NCBI GenBank assembly: GCA_023663725.1
Contig: JAMPGX010000008.1
Span: 16,477-80,476 of the forward strand
DNA length: 64,000 nucleotides
Direction of reading: 5' to 3'
DNA from: a bacterium
GTDB lineage: Bacteria; Bacillota; Clostridia; Lachnospirales; Lachnospiraceae
The notes under the pieces were generated by a model. The model worked only from the letters and a program-made list of their open reading frames with translations. It was not told where the DNA came from and ran no database searches. A program made the position numbers and the translations under genes. How positions within the stretch are numbered: position 1 is the stretch's first letter; each line of letters starts with the position of its first letter. Positions 48,901 to 56,748 of this stretch are shown piece after piece.

Positions 48901-49027
48901 GTGGATAGACTATATCTGTCAGGAAACGCTGGGCCAACTGAGTGAGATCGCCGCTGCGGAGAGTGTCCTTGAACTCGACACAGACAGAGGCGCAATCAAA
49001 ATTTTTATGAGCAAAAATGAAAAGTGA
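45905..49027 (+). CDS. ileS: Isoleucyl-tRNA synthetase, type 2
   Basis: GWDCHGLPIE, WTTTPWTLP, DWNISRNRYW; type-2 C-terminus GLARDIVRNIQDARK; HIGH site reads HHGT and KMSKS site reads KLAKS. Confidence 0.93.
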   Translation: MKYEELTGKPDLALIQKEVLEFWNRERVFEKSVEQRTGQEVVFYDGPPFPTGKPHHGTVLVSFIKDMIARYWTMRGYRVPRVWGWDCHGLPIENQAETLLGIHDKNEIERSLGIDRFNEKCYEIVSGNNEAWREYVEQMARWVDYDGAYKTMDTDFMESVMWAFKRCYEKGYIYRDYRVTPYCMHCETSLSISDTRESDSTRPRQDRWIIVRFKTPELVQGRQVYLLAWTTTPWTLPSNMCLAVGEQLDYAYVEVGDAVYVACKNTLAGYEKVFGADPVILKECKGRELLGMTYEPLFDYFADKKEQGAFRVVAAGYVGSEEGVGIVHTAPAFGEDDYWTCKENGIPLVNPVDEQGHFTEEVRDFYDPSQEKNVIEMNPAVIRFLYESGKAVADGTIEHNYPHCWRCKRPLIYKAMDAWYFDVGKLKDRLIELNEQINWVPETVKHGRFGNWLAGARDWNISRNRYWSTPIPIWECESCGHRVVLGSIEEIYEASGVRLSNLHRQYMDRITFRCECCQGTMRRVPEVLDCWFESGSVPFAQKHYPFENREWFESHFPSDFIVEYTGQIRCWFYYLHVLSVALFDRPAFQNCVVHGTVLAKDGKKLAKSSRNYTDPMELMKKQGTDAFRLYLYQTNAMLIGDLLFDEAGISDAYQQIILPYWNACNFYISYANIDGFKPGELEEPASGNQLDSWMLAKLYETWQAITGHMDAYCVNRYVEYLASLVDGLTNWYIRRSRRRFWDSGMSADKLSAYRTLYYVLVCTTKLFAPVAPILSEKMYQVLTGEFSVHLALWPQLPQKFADQRLLDDVALAQEVIYLARSIRNKNRVKNRQPLRSLKVALSEPSQSAVLAQFSEIVAEELNVKEVEILNDVGSIAKVQYAPNYSEIRSRYPDRIGELVKAVRSGKLRMEDGSVWLCMDSGEERFEEEIILVTYQAKDGQHVASSRGIVVSLDLNLTQELRDEGLARDIVRNIQDARKQMGCEITDTVLLTFEGDVPGQWIDYICQETLGQLSEIAAAESVLELDTDRGAIKIFMSKNEK

Positions 49028-49092
49028 GTTTTGCCTGATCTGCTTTGCATAATTTTTCCGATTATATGCACACTAACAAATAAACGATTCTG

Positions 49093-49408
49093 TAGGCGAT
49101 TGTGAAACTGTTTATTCCCGCGAGCAATGAGGAAAATAGCCATGCTCGCATGGATATTTGACGAATATCACGAGGTTCAAATCCCCTGTTACTTGTAGTG
49201 GGGTCTTTGATTGCCAGTACCGAATTGGACATAGTGTATTTTCCATAAGCGGACTCTTTCGAGCTGTCGGTACTTAGCGAGGTTTGCCGAATTCATTCGG
49301 CACGAGCTTAGTACCGTTACAGTGAGAACGAAGCGAAAGCGTGTCCGCGTTGGAATATACACTATGTCCAATGACACTCGCAAAGTAACCAAATTTCGCA
49401 AACGTCTA
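49093..49408 (+). mobile_element. MITE-like element, copy D (older, with ~100-bp hairpin insert)
   Basis: Degenerate TIRs TAGGCGATTGTGAAA / TTTCGCAAACGTCTA; flanks TAAACGATTCTG and TAAACAAGTCTG match 10/12. Confidence 0.8.
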
Positions 49409-49457
49409 TAAACAAGTCTGTCCCCCAAGGAGACATAACCTGATAACAGATAAAGGA

Positions 49458-49901
49458 GTGTGCAAGACAATGGAAGACGATACAATCAAACTGCTGAGGG
49501 AGTGCAACGCAGGGGTGAAAATGGGAATCACCTCATTGGATGATGTGATGGAGCATGTGAAGGACGAGCATCTGAAGGAGCTGCTGATTCAGAGTAAGGA
49601 GACTCATTCCCAGCTGGGCAGCGAGACACATGAATATCTGACAAGATGCCACGACGAGGGCAAGGAGCCCGCGGCCATGGCAAAAATGATGTCCTGGATG
49701 AAGACCAATATGAAGCTGGGCGGCGAGGACTCCGATCGGGTGGTGGCTGACCTGGTGACTGACGGCTGCAACATGGGGGTCAAGTCCCTGTACAAATATC
49801 TGCATCAATACCAGGCGGCCGACCAGGACAGCAAGAAGCTGACGGAAAAGATCATCCAGGCCGAGGAGACTCTGATCAAAGATCTGCGGGAGTATCTTTA
49901 G
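49458..49901 (+). CDS. Ferritin-like four-helix protein (DUF2383-like)
   Basis: Two helix-pair repeats (ECNAGVKMG / DGCNMGVKS); family call is tentative. Confidence 0.65.
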   Translation: MCKTMEDDTIKLLRECNAGVKMGITSLDDVMEHVKDEHLKELLIQSKETHSQLGSETHEYLTRCHDEGKEPAAMAKMMSWMKTNMKLGGEDSDRVVADLVTDGCNMGVKSLYKYLHQYQAADQDSKKLTEKIIQAEETLIKDLREYL

Positions 49902-49947
49902 GGAAACATTTATCTGGATGCATACCTCGACAGCCGCCATCTGCCTG

Positions 49948-49976
49948 TTGACAGCTGGAAAAAATTTGCTTATACT
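49948..49976 (+). promoter_or_regulatory. Sigma70/sigmaA promoter of the downstream gene
   Basis: TTGACA-17-TATACT. Confidence 0.75.
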
Positions 49977-49994
49977 GAGGATAGAGATAATTCA

Positions 49995-50204
49995 TAGACA
50001 ATTGCGAAACTCTTTATTGCCAGTACCGAATTGTGTATATTGTATATTCCATAAGCAATGCCCTTTCGAACCGTCGGTACTTAGATGCTGTATTTAGGCA
50101 TCTTATGTACCGCTACGGTGAGAACGGAGCGAGAGCGTGCTTGCGTTGGAATGTACAATGTGCACAATGACACTCGCAAAATAACTGGCTTTCGCAATTG
50201 TCTA
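49995..50204 (+). mobile_element. 210-bp MITE-like element, copy E (intact)
   Basis: Perfect 15-bp TIR TAGACAATTGCGAAA / TTTCGCAATTGTCTA; perfect 12-bp direct repeat AGAGATAATTCA at 49983-49994 and 50205-50216. Confidence 0.93.
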
Positions 50205-50238
50205 AGAGATAATTCAGTTGGAAAGGAAGTGGATTTTG

Positions 50239-50781
50239 ATGGGACTGAGCGTGATGGGGATCGGCAGTATGCCTGATAATGCAAGCTACGGCTTATACGG
50301 TTCTGTCAGCGGCGCAGCGGGTACAGGAGCGGCGAAGCGGATGCTTCCAGTTGGCGCGGCGGACGCTGTCGGGGCAGCGGGCGGCTCCAGAGGAGTGGAG
50401 GACAGCCGTGCGGCCAAGCGCGTAGGCAAAGCGGAGTGCCAGACCTGCAAGTCGAGAAAATATAAGGATGGTTCCGATGAGATGGTCAGCTTCAAGTCGG
50501 CGACGCACCTTTCTCCCCAGGCGGCGGGGTCGGCGGTGATGGCCCACGAGCAGGAACATGTCTCTAACGCATACAAAAAGGCTGCGCTGAATGACGGCAA
50601 GGTGTTACAGGCCAGTGTGCAGCTGCATATGGGTGTGTGTCCGGAGTGCGGGCGCAGCTATGTGGCGGGCGGAACCACCAGTACCAAGATTCAGTACAAC
50701 GAGGACAATCCATATGAGAAGAATGCCAAGTCCCTTCAGGCGGAGGCGTTCAAGGGCAACAATGTGGATGTGGCCGTATAG
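50239..50781 (+). CDS. SprA-related putative zinc protein
   Basis: CQTC, AHEQEH (HExxH), CPEC; GAAAGGA RBS; family call is tentative. Confidence 0.65.
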   Translation: MGLSVMGIGSMPDNASYGLYGSVSGAAGTGAAKRMLPVGAADAVGAAGGSRGVEDSRAAKRVGKAECQTCKSRKYKDGSDEMVSFKSATHLSPQAAGSAVMAHEQEHVSNAYKKAALNDGKVLQASVQLHMGVCPECGRSYVAGGTTSTKIQYNEDNPYEKNAKSLQAEAFKGNNVDVAV

Positions 50782-50965
50782 TGCGATTGCGTTATGATGT
50801 ATAAGCTGAGGAGGGCTTATATGTGACAGAAATGTTGCATATAGGCCCTATTTGTTAAAATGCATGAACAATTTCTAAATTTTCATTAAGATTTCCGTGA
50901 ATTGCTTGTGGCAAAAAATGGAATGTGATAAAATGCGCATAGTAAATGAAATTGGAGGAATGTCA

Positions 50966-52117
50966 ATGAAAAACAGAATGTATTATTTATTGTTTTTGGT
51001 TTACTTGTTTGTAGTCGGCTTTGTGCTGGTGGTGAACGGGGTATTTACCGGACAGGTCTCGTCCATGAGCAACCTGGTGATCAACATGATTTTCCTGTTG
51101 CTGATCGGCATCATGTTCCTGATCTCCTTTGTCAGCTTTTCCAGACTCAACCGTATGACGGACAGGCTGACGGCTGTGGCGGATCAGATTTACAAGGCGT
51201 ATGATGACGGAGACCACAAGCTGTGGGAGACTTATCGCACGAAGAGCAAGGTGTTTGGGGATGATATACTGGACGAGGCTTTTTACCGTTATCAGAAAAA
51301 GATGAACAGCTTTCAGACCAAGCATGGACTGATTGGGAGCTGCGATATCGAGGACTATATCCACGAGGAGCTCTTGAATCAGGCTGGCATGAATTATTAC
51401 AATTCCGCTATTTCGGGAACTATGACAGGTCTGGGAATCCTGGGTACGTTTATCGGACTGTCCATCGGCCTGGGATCTTTTAATGGCAATGACATCTACA
51501 CGATCTCAGATAATGTGGGACCTCTGCTCAGCGGCATGAAGGTGGCTTTCCACACCTCTGTATATGGTATCTTGTTCTCCCTGGTATTCCAGTTTGCCCA
51601 CCGCGGCGTGATGGCGGACGCATATGACAAGCTGCAGGACTTTCTGGCGGCCTACCGCGAATGCGTGGAGCCAGTGGTCAACAACACGGATGACAATACC
51701 AAGGCAATGCTGGTCTATCAGGCGAATATGGCCAACTCCATGAAGCAGATGACGGAGCTGCTGAAGGGTGAAGCGAGGCAGCAGGCGGAAAGTCTGGACA
51801 GGATGGTACAGCAATTTACCGAGAAGCTGCAGCAGGCGCTGGGAACCGATTTCGACCGGCTGGGCGCATCCTTACAGAGAGCGTACAGTGCCCAGGAGGT
51901 CTATGCCGACAACTACCGCACGATGGCGGACACCACGCAGGCTTTGCTACAGTCCAGCCTCTCTCTGCAAAAGACATTGGAGGAGACGATGGGGCGGCAG
52001 GAGGCTATGGCCAGACAGCTCAAAGAGCAGTCCGAGAGGATTGACGCCACCTGCAATACGATTAACGAGGAGATCAGCAACCAGCTCTACACCTATGCGC
52101 AGACGCATGAGCTGTAG
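50966..52117 (+). CDS. MotA/TolQ/ExbB-fold protein with helical tail, ZorA-like
   Basis: TGLGILGTFIGL...GMKVAFHTS..GILFS channel motif followed by a long amphipathic tail. Confidence 0.8.
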   Translation: MKNRMYYLLFLVYLFVVGFVLVVNGVFTGQVSSMSNLVINMIFLLLIGIMFLISFVSFSRLNRMTDRLTAVADQIYKAYDDGDHKLWETYRTKSKVFGDDILDEAFYRYQKKMNSFQTKHGLIGSCDIEDYIHEELLNQAGMNYYNSAISGTMTGLGILGTFIGLSIGLGSFNGNDIYTISDNVGPLLSGMKVAFHTSVYGILFSLVFQFAHRGVMADAYDKLQDFLAAYRECVEPVVNNTDDNTKAMLVYQANMANSMKQMTELLKGEARQQAESLDRMVQQFTEKLQQALGTDFDRLGASLQRAYSAQEVYADNYRTMADTTQALLQSSLSLQKTLEETMGRQEAMARQLKEQSERIDATCNTINEEISNQLYTYAQTHEL

Positions 52118-52196
52118 AATATAAATGGCGTTCTCCTGCGTAGAAGGTCGTGCGATTGCAGACAGGCTATTATAGAGAGAGGAAGTGAAGTGAGAC

Positions 52197-53147
52197 TTGA
52201 CAGGTAAGAGACAAAAAGGAGAAAGATTTTCGGAGCCGAGCTACTGGCAATCCTATTCGGATATGATGGCTGCCCTTCTGTTGATCTTTGTTTTGATCAT
52301 TGCTATTACGCTGGCAATCTATAAACAGAAGACGACAGATCTGGAAAAGACACAGATGGAGCTGAATGCGGCCAAGCAGAAGCTCGACCTGGCCTCGGAG
52401 GAGCTGGATTTGGCCAGGATCGACCTGGAAAACTACAGGAATGAGATAGAGGCATCCAAGCATGATCTGGAGGATTCGCTGCTGAAGCTGCAGGAGGCCT
52501 ATGATGCCGCAGCTTTGACCAAGGAGGAGTTGGCGGCGGCCTATCTGGAGATTGATGAGGCGAGAGGGGAACTGGAATCCACGCGGAGCCAGCTGCAGGA
52601 TATCGTGGGCGTCAGGACAGATATCATAGGGGAGCTGCAATCCAAATTTAACAATTCCAATATGAAGGTTGACGCACAGAACGGTTCTATCAGCTTTTCC
52701 TCGGATGTACTGTTCCAGTTTGGCAGCGCCAACCTGACAAATGCAAGCAAGGCTACGCTGACAGAGATCATTCCCATGTATCTGGACGTACTTTTGCAGG
52801 ATCAGTACCGCGGTTATATTGCGGAGATCATAATCGAGGGACACACGGATACAGATGGCAGCTACAAGCACAATATGGATCTGTCCTCGGAACGCGCCAG
52901 CTCTGTCGCCAGATATATTTTAGATTCGGACAACGGACTGAGCCCGCAGAAGATCGAACAGCTACAATCCATGTTGACGATCAACGGACGTTCTTACAGC
53001 AGTCCGATCTATGTGGCAGGTACCGGAGAGATCGATATGGCGGCATCCAGGCGAGTGGAGATCAAATTCCGTCTCAAGGAGGATGAGCTGATTCAGAAGA
53101 TTACCGAGATACTTGGACAGTCAGGCGGTGCAGCTCAGAGTCCGTAG
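52197..53147 (+). CDS. MotB/OmpA-family protein with coiled-coil stalk, ZorB-like
   Basis: YWQSYSDMMAALLLIF TM with conserved Asp; EGHTD, N..LS..RA..V, SRRVEIK. Confidence 0.82.
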   Translation: MTGKRQKGERFSEPSYWQSYSDMMAALLLIFVLIIAITLAIYKQKTTDLEKTQMELNAAKQKLDLASEELDLARIDLENYRNEIEASKHDLEDSLLKLQEAYDAAALTKEELAAAYLEIDEARGELESTRSQLQDIVGVRTDIIGELQSKFNNSNMKVDAQNGSISFSSDVLFQFGSANLTNASKATLTEIIPMYLDVLLQDQYRGYIAEIIIEGHTDTDGSYKHNMDLSSERASSVARYILDSDNGLSPQKIEQLQSMLTINGRSYSSPIYVAGTGEIDMAASRRVEIKFRLKEDELIQKITEILGQSGGAAQSP

Positions 53148-53479
53148 TATAGACGGTTCTTTTCCATCCGCACAGGGATGCCGATAGGCCTGATGGCAAT
53201 GATACCAGATAAGACATACTTGTCACAAAGTAAATATGACAGGTAAAGATACACAGAATATGACAGTTAAATCATAAAATACAAAGAAAATTAAAGGACT
53301 ATAGAGGTTTGGAAAACTGACAGTAATTTATAGCTATTGGTGTCATAATGTTCTGGCGGGAACGTTTACAGGAGTCTTTTAAGGGGCCTTTAATTTTCTT
53401 AATAAATTCTTTTGTTTTTCCCGCAGTAGGCCTTTAGAAAGGGCTGGTATGCTAATGGCCTATGAAAGGAGAATAAACG

Positions 53480-54601
53480 ATGAATGTCTTGATATTGACA
53501 GGTAAATTTGGCATGGGACATTGGAGTGCGGCCCAGTCCTTGCGACAGGAGCTACTGGGCAACCATCCGGATGCGGCGGTGGAGGTGGTGGACTTTCTCT
53601 CCTATGCCATGCCTAATTTTTCAGGAATCCTCTATAAAAGCTTCAACCTGATGGTCACTCATGGACGGCATCTTTTCAATATGTATTATCGCGCTACAGG
53701 AAAGGGACATCCGGATGCCCACCCGCTCTTTGCGGGAATGCTTCTGGACCATCTGGCGATGCTTCTGCGCCGGAAGCGTCCCGATGTGGTGATAGCCACG
53801 CATCCTCTGTGCGCGCAGCTCATGTCTCTGCTTAAGGAGAAAGTTGCAGGCGTTGAGGCGGTCTGTGCAGAGGAACAGGATATGTTGAGACTGCCTTTGA
53901 TAACATGTGTTACTGATGTGAGCTCCCATCCGGAGTGGATTAATCGCAATACAAACTGCTATCTGGTGCCCAGTGAGGAAATCCGCAGAAGTCTGGCGGA
54001 AAAGGGTGTCAATCCCGCTTTAATCTGCGTCACTGGCATTCCGGTCAGAGAGGAATTTCGTCATCTGTCCCGCTGCGGAGAGGAGAAGGAGAGGGAGCTG
54101 TTAATCATGGGAGGCGGCCTTGGTCTGTTGCCGGCAGGTACTGCTTTTTATGAGGCGTTAAATGGGATTCCTCATACACATATAACTATTATCACGGGCT
54201 GCAACAGGCGTTTGTATCAGCGCCTACATGGGAAATGGGATAATATTCAAGTGGAAGGGTATGTCAACCAGGTCTGGGACTATATGGCCAGGGCGGATCT
54301 GATTGTCTCCAAGCCGGGCGGAATCACTCTGTTTGAGGCTATTTTTGCCAGAGTGCCTATTCTTTCCTGGCCGCCGACCCTGCAGAATGAGCGCAGCAAC
54401 GCCAGATGGATGGTTGAAAAGGGGATTGGCTGGGTGGCAGGGCGGAAGAATTGTGTCGAGGAAATACAGGAGATATTGTTGGATCAGAAGCGATTGGCTG
54501 AGGCGTCATATCGCATGGAGTGTCTCAGAAGACAGCTGCAGGAGGTAGCTTTGGACCGCAAGATGGGCGAAGTGCTCAGGGAGGGGAGGCCTGCCGTATG
54601 A
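53480..54601 (+). CDS. MGDG-synthase/UgtP-like glycosyltransferase (GT28)
   Basis: GMGH, VIATHP, TGIPVR, MGGGLG, KPGGIT..EA. Confidence 0.88.
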   Translation: MNVLILTGKFGMGHWSAAQSLRQELLGNHPDAAVEVVDFLSYAMPNFSGILYKSFNLMVTHGRHLFNMYYRATGKGHPDAHPLFAGMLLDHLAMLLRRKRPDVVIATHPLCAQLMSLLKEKVAGVEAVCAEEQDMLRLPLITCVTDVSSHPEWINRNTNCYLVPSEEIRRSLAEKGVNPALICVTGIPVREEFRHLSRCGEEKERELLIMGGGLGLLPAGTAFYEALNGIPHTHITIITGCNRRLYQRLHGKWDNIQVEGYVNQVWDYMARADLIVSKPGGITLFEAIFARVPILSWPPTLQNERSNARWMVEKGIGWVAGRKNCVEEIQEILLDQKRLAEASYRMECLRRQLQEVALDRKMGEVLREGRPAV

Positions 54602-55716
54602 TGGAGGGAAAGAAGAAATATCTGGGCGGGCTGCTCCTGGCGTTGCTGATGGCGGTAACAGGAGGTGTGTTGCTCAGAGGGCAGTCTTTTGGTCTGCTGT
54701 GGGAGAGCCTGAGACGGATAAAGCCGCTTTTTGTGATGGGCGGTCTGGCCCTCATGCTGGGGTATGTGGGCTGCGAGGCTATGTGTACTCATCAGATTTT
54801 GAGGCGGCTGGGACATCAGGTTCCTTATATGCGTTGTCTGGGCTATTCCTTTGTGGGATTTTATGTGAGCTCCATCACCCCCTCTGCCACAGGGGGACAG
54901 CCGGCTCAGGTCTATTGCATGAGCCGAGATCGGATCCCAGCGGCTCATGGGACGCTGAATATGATGCTGATTGCCGCCTGCTACCAGGTGGCAGCTCTGG
55001 TCTGGGGCGGCGGAGTCTGGCTGTTATGTCCCCGGATGGAGGCGTTTGAAGGCGGGATGGGAATATTGCTCCTCTATGGGGCCGGAATAATGCTTCTGCT
55101 TACGGCAGGTATGACCATGCTCATGTTTCTGCCCGGTTTGTCCCGACGCATTGGCGAGGGTATTCTGAGGTTGTTGACGGCTATGCGGATACTGCGCAGC
55201 CCTGACCTGGCCCGCAGAAAGCTGGAGCGTCAACTGGAGGAATACGCGAAAGGAGCGGCGTGCGTGAGGAGCAATCCAGGGCTGACCTTACAGGTGTTCC
55301 TACTGTGTCTGGTTCAGCAGGGGATGCTGTTTTCCGTGCCCTGGACCGTCTATCTGGCCTTCGGGCTGCGAGGCTGTAGCTGGATACAGCTTGCAGGGCT
55401 CCAGGCGCTTCTCACTCTGGCTGTCTGTAATCTGCCCTTGCCCGGAGCGGTGGGACCCGCGGAGGGTGGGTTTGTGGCGGCGTTTACCGCAGTATTTGGA
55501 GCGGGGACAGTGACGCCCGCCATGCTGGTATCCAGAGGAATCAGTTTCTATGCGTTTCTGCTGGTCAGCTTTATAGTCTCCATCTTCGTGCATCTGCGCA
55601 TCCGGCGTCAGGACAGGGAACACATGTTGAGGGAGAAGACAGTTTCCCGCAAAGATGAACGGGTGAGGGCGCTGCCAGGTCAGTTGCGAACAGTTGGAAG
55701 CCAGAAGGTATGCTAA
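54598..55716 (+). CDS. Lysylphosphatidylglycerol-synthase TM / UPF0104 flippase-like protein
   Basis: ITPSATGGQP, PLPGAVGPAE, SRGISFY motifs. Confidence 0.85.
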   Translation: MMEGKKKYLGGLLLALLMAVTGGVLLRGQSFGLLWESLRRIKPLFVMGGLALMLGYVGCEAMCTHQILRRLGHQVPYMRCLGYSFVGFYVSSITPSATGGQPAQVYCMSRDRIPAAHGTLNMMLIAACYQVAALVWGGGVWLLCPRMEAFEGGMGILLLYGAGIMLLLTAGMTMLMFLPGLSRRIGEGILRLLTAMRILRSPDLARRKLERQLEEYAKGAACVRSNPGLTLQVFLLCLVQQGMLFSVPWTVYLAFGLRGCSWIQLAGLQALLTLAVCNLPLPGAVGPAEGGFVAAFTAVFGAGTVTPAMLVSRGISFYAFLLVSFIVSIFVHLRIRRQDREHMLREKTVSRKDERVRALPGQLRTVGSQKVC

Positions 55717-55799
55717 GGATAAACTTGAGACGGATATTTGAGACATATTTTGAAGCTGTTTCGCGGGCTGATCCGCGATAGGCAGAAATTGAGGAGAGT

Positions 55800-56564
55800 A
55801 TGGATAAAAGGATAGGTGCGCAGTATTATACCCTGAGAGATTATGCGACAACGCTGGAGGACTTTGAGGAGACCTGCAGAAAGGTGAGCGAGATAGGTTA
55901 TAAAATCGTACAGATATCAGGGACTCCGCTGGGGGCGGCTGAGATGAAAACGGTGCTTGACCGCTATGGTCTGGAGGTGGTCACTACCCACAGGAGCTTT
56001 GAAGATTTCCAGAAGGATCTGAGGGAAATTATGGATTACAACCGAACGCTGGGCTGCAAGCTCTGCGGCATTGGTTCCATGCCGGCATGGGCGAGGGAAA
56101 GTGAGGAGAAGCTAAGCCGCTTTATCCATGAGGCAAATGAGATGGCTGTGCAGTTGGAGAAGGAAGGGTTCTATTTTGGATATCACAATCATGCCTTCGA
56201 GTTTGCCAAAATTGACGGAATATTTATTATGGACCGTCTGATAGAAGAGACGAATCCCCATTCCTTCCGCTTTATTGTGGATACCTATTGGCTTCAGGTG
56301 GGCGGTATGGATCCCGTATCGTTTATTGGCAAGCTGGGCGAGAGAGCCATGGCGATTCATTTCAAGGACCTGAAGGCCAATATAGACAACACAACGGAGA
56401 TGGCAGAGATCGGGGAAGGGAATCTCAATTGGGATGGAATCATTGAGGCCTGTGAGAAGGCGGGGGTCGAGTGGGCGCTTGTGGAACAGGACGTCTGCAG
56501 GCGCAGCCCTTTTGAAGCGTTGAAGATTAGCTATGACTATCTGACGGGAAAGGGATTTATCTGA
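55800..56564 (+). CDS. Sugar phosphate isomerase/epimerase (TIM barrel)
   Basis: YHNHAFEF, DTYW, HFKD, VEQD. Confidence 0.88.
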   Translation: MDKRIGAQYYTLRDYATTLEDFEETCRKVSEIGYKIVQISGTPLGAAEMKTVLDRYGLEVVTTHRSFEDFQKDLREIMDYNRTLGCKLCGIGSMPAWARESEEKLSRFIHEANEMAVQLEKEGFYFGYHNHAFEFAKIDGIFIMDRLIEETNPHSFRFIVDTYWLQVGGMDPVSFIGKLGERAMAIHFKDLKANIDNTTEMAEIGEGNLNWDGIIEACEKAGVEWALVEQDVCRRSPFEALKISYDYLTGKGFI

Positions 56565-56748
56565 CCAGAGAGCTATTCATGATGCATATCGGCCTCGGCG
56601 GAGAGGAAAACAGCGTATGCAATAAGGGCTGTTTTCCTTTTTTTGTCTGTACAGGGACTCTTTTTTCCTGTAAAATAATATGACAGGAAATGAATGACAG
56701 AGTTTGGAGGGAAAGAGGCAAGAGGTGAGCAGAGAAGAGCAGGCGGAG

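Noticed and set aside
49160-49205. GGTTCAAATCCC resembling a tRNA T-loop
   Set aside because: Only 2 bp flank the loop and there is no acceptor or anticodon stem; it lies inside the hairpin insert of MITE copy D
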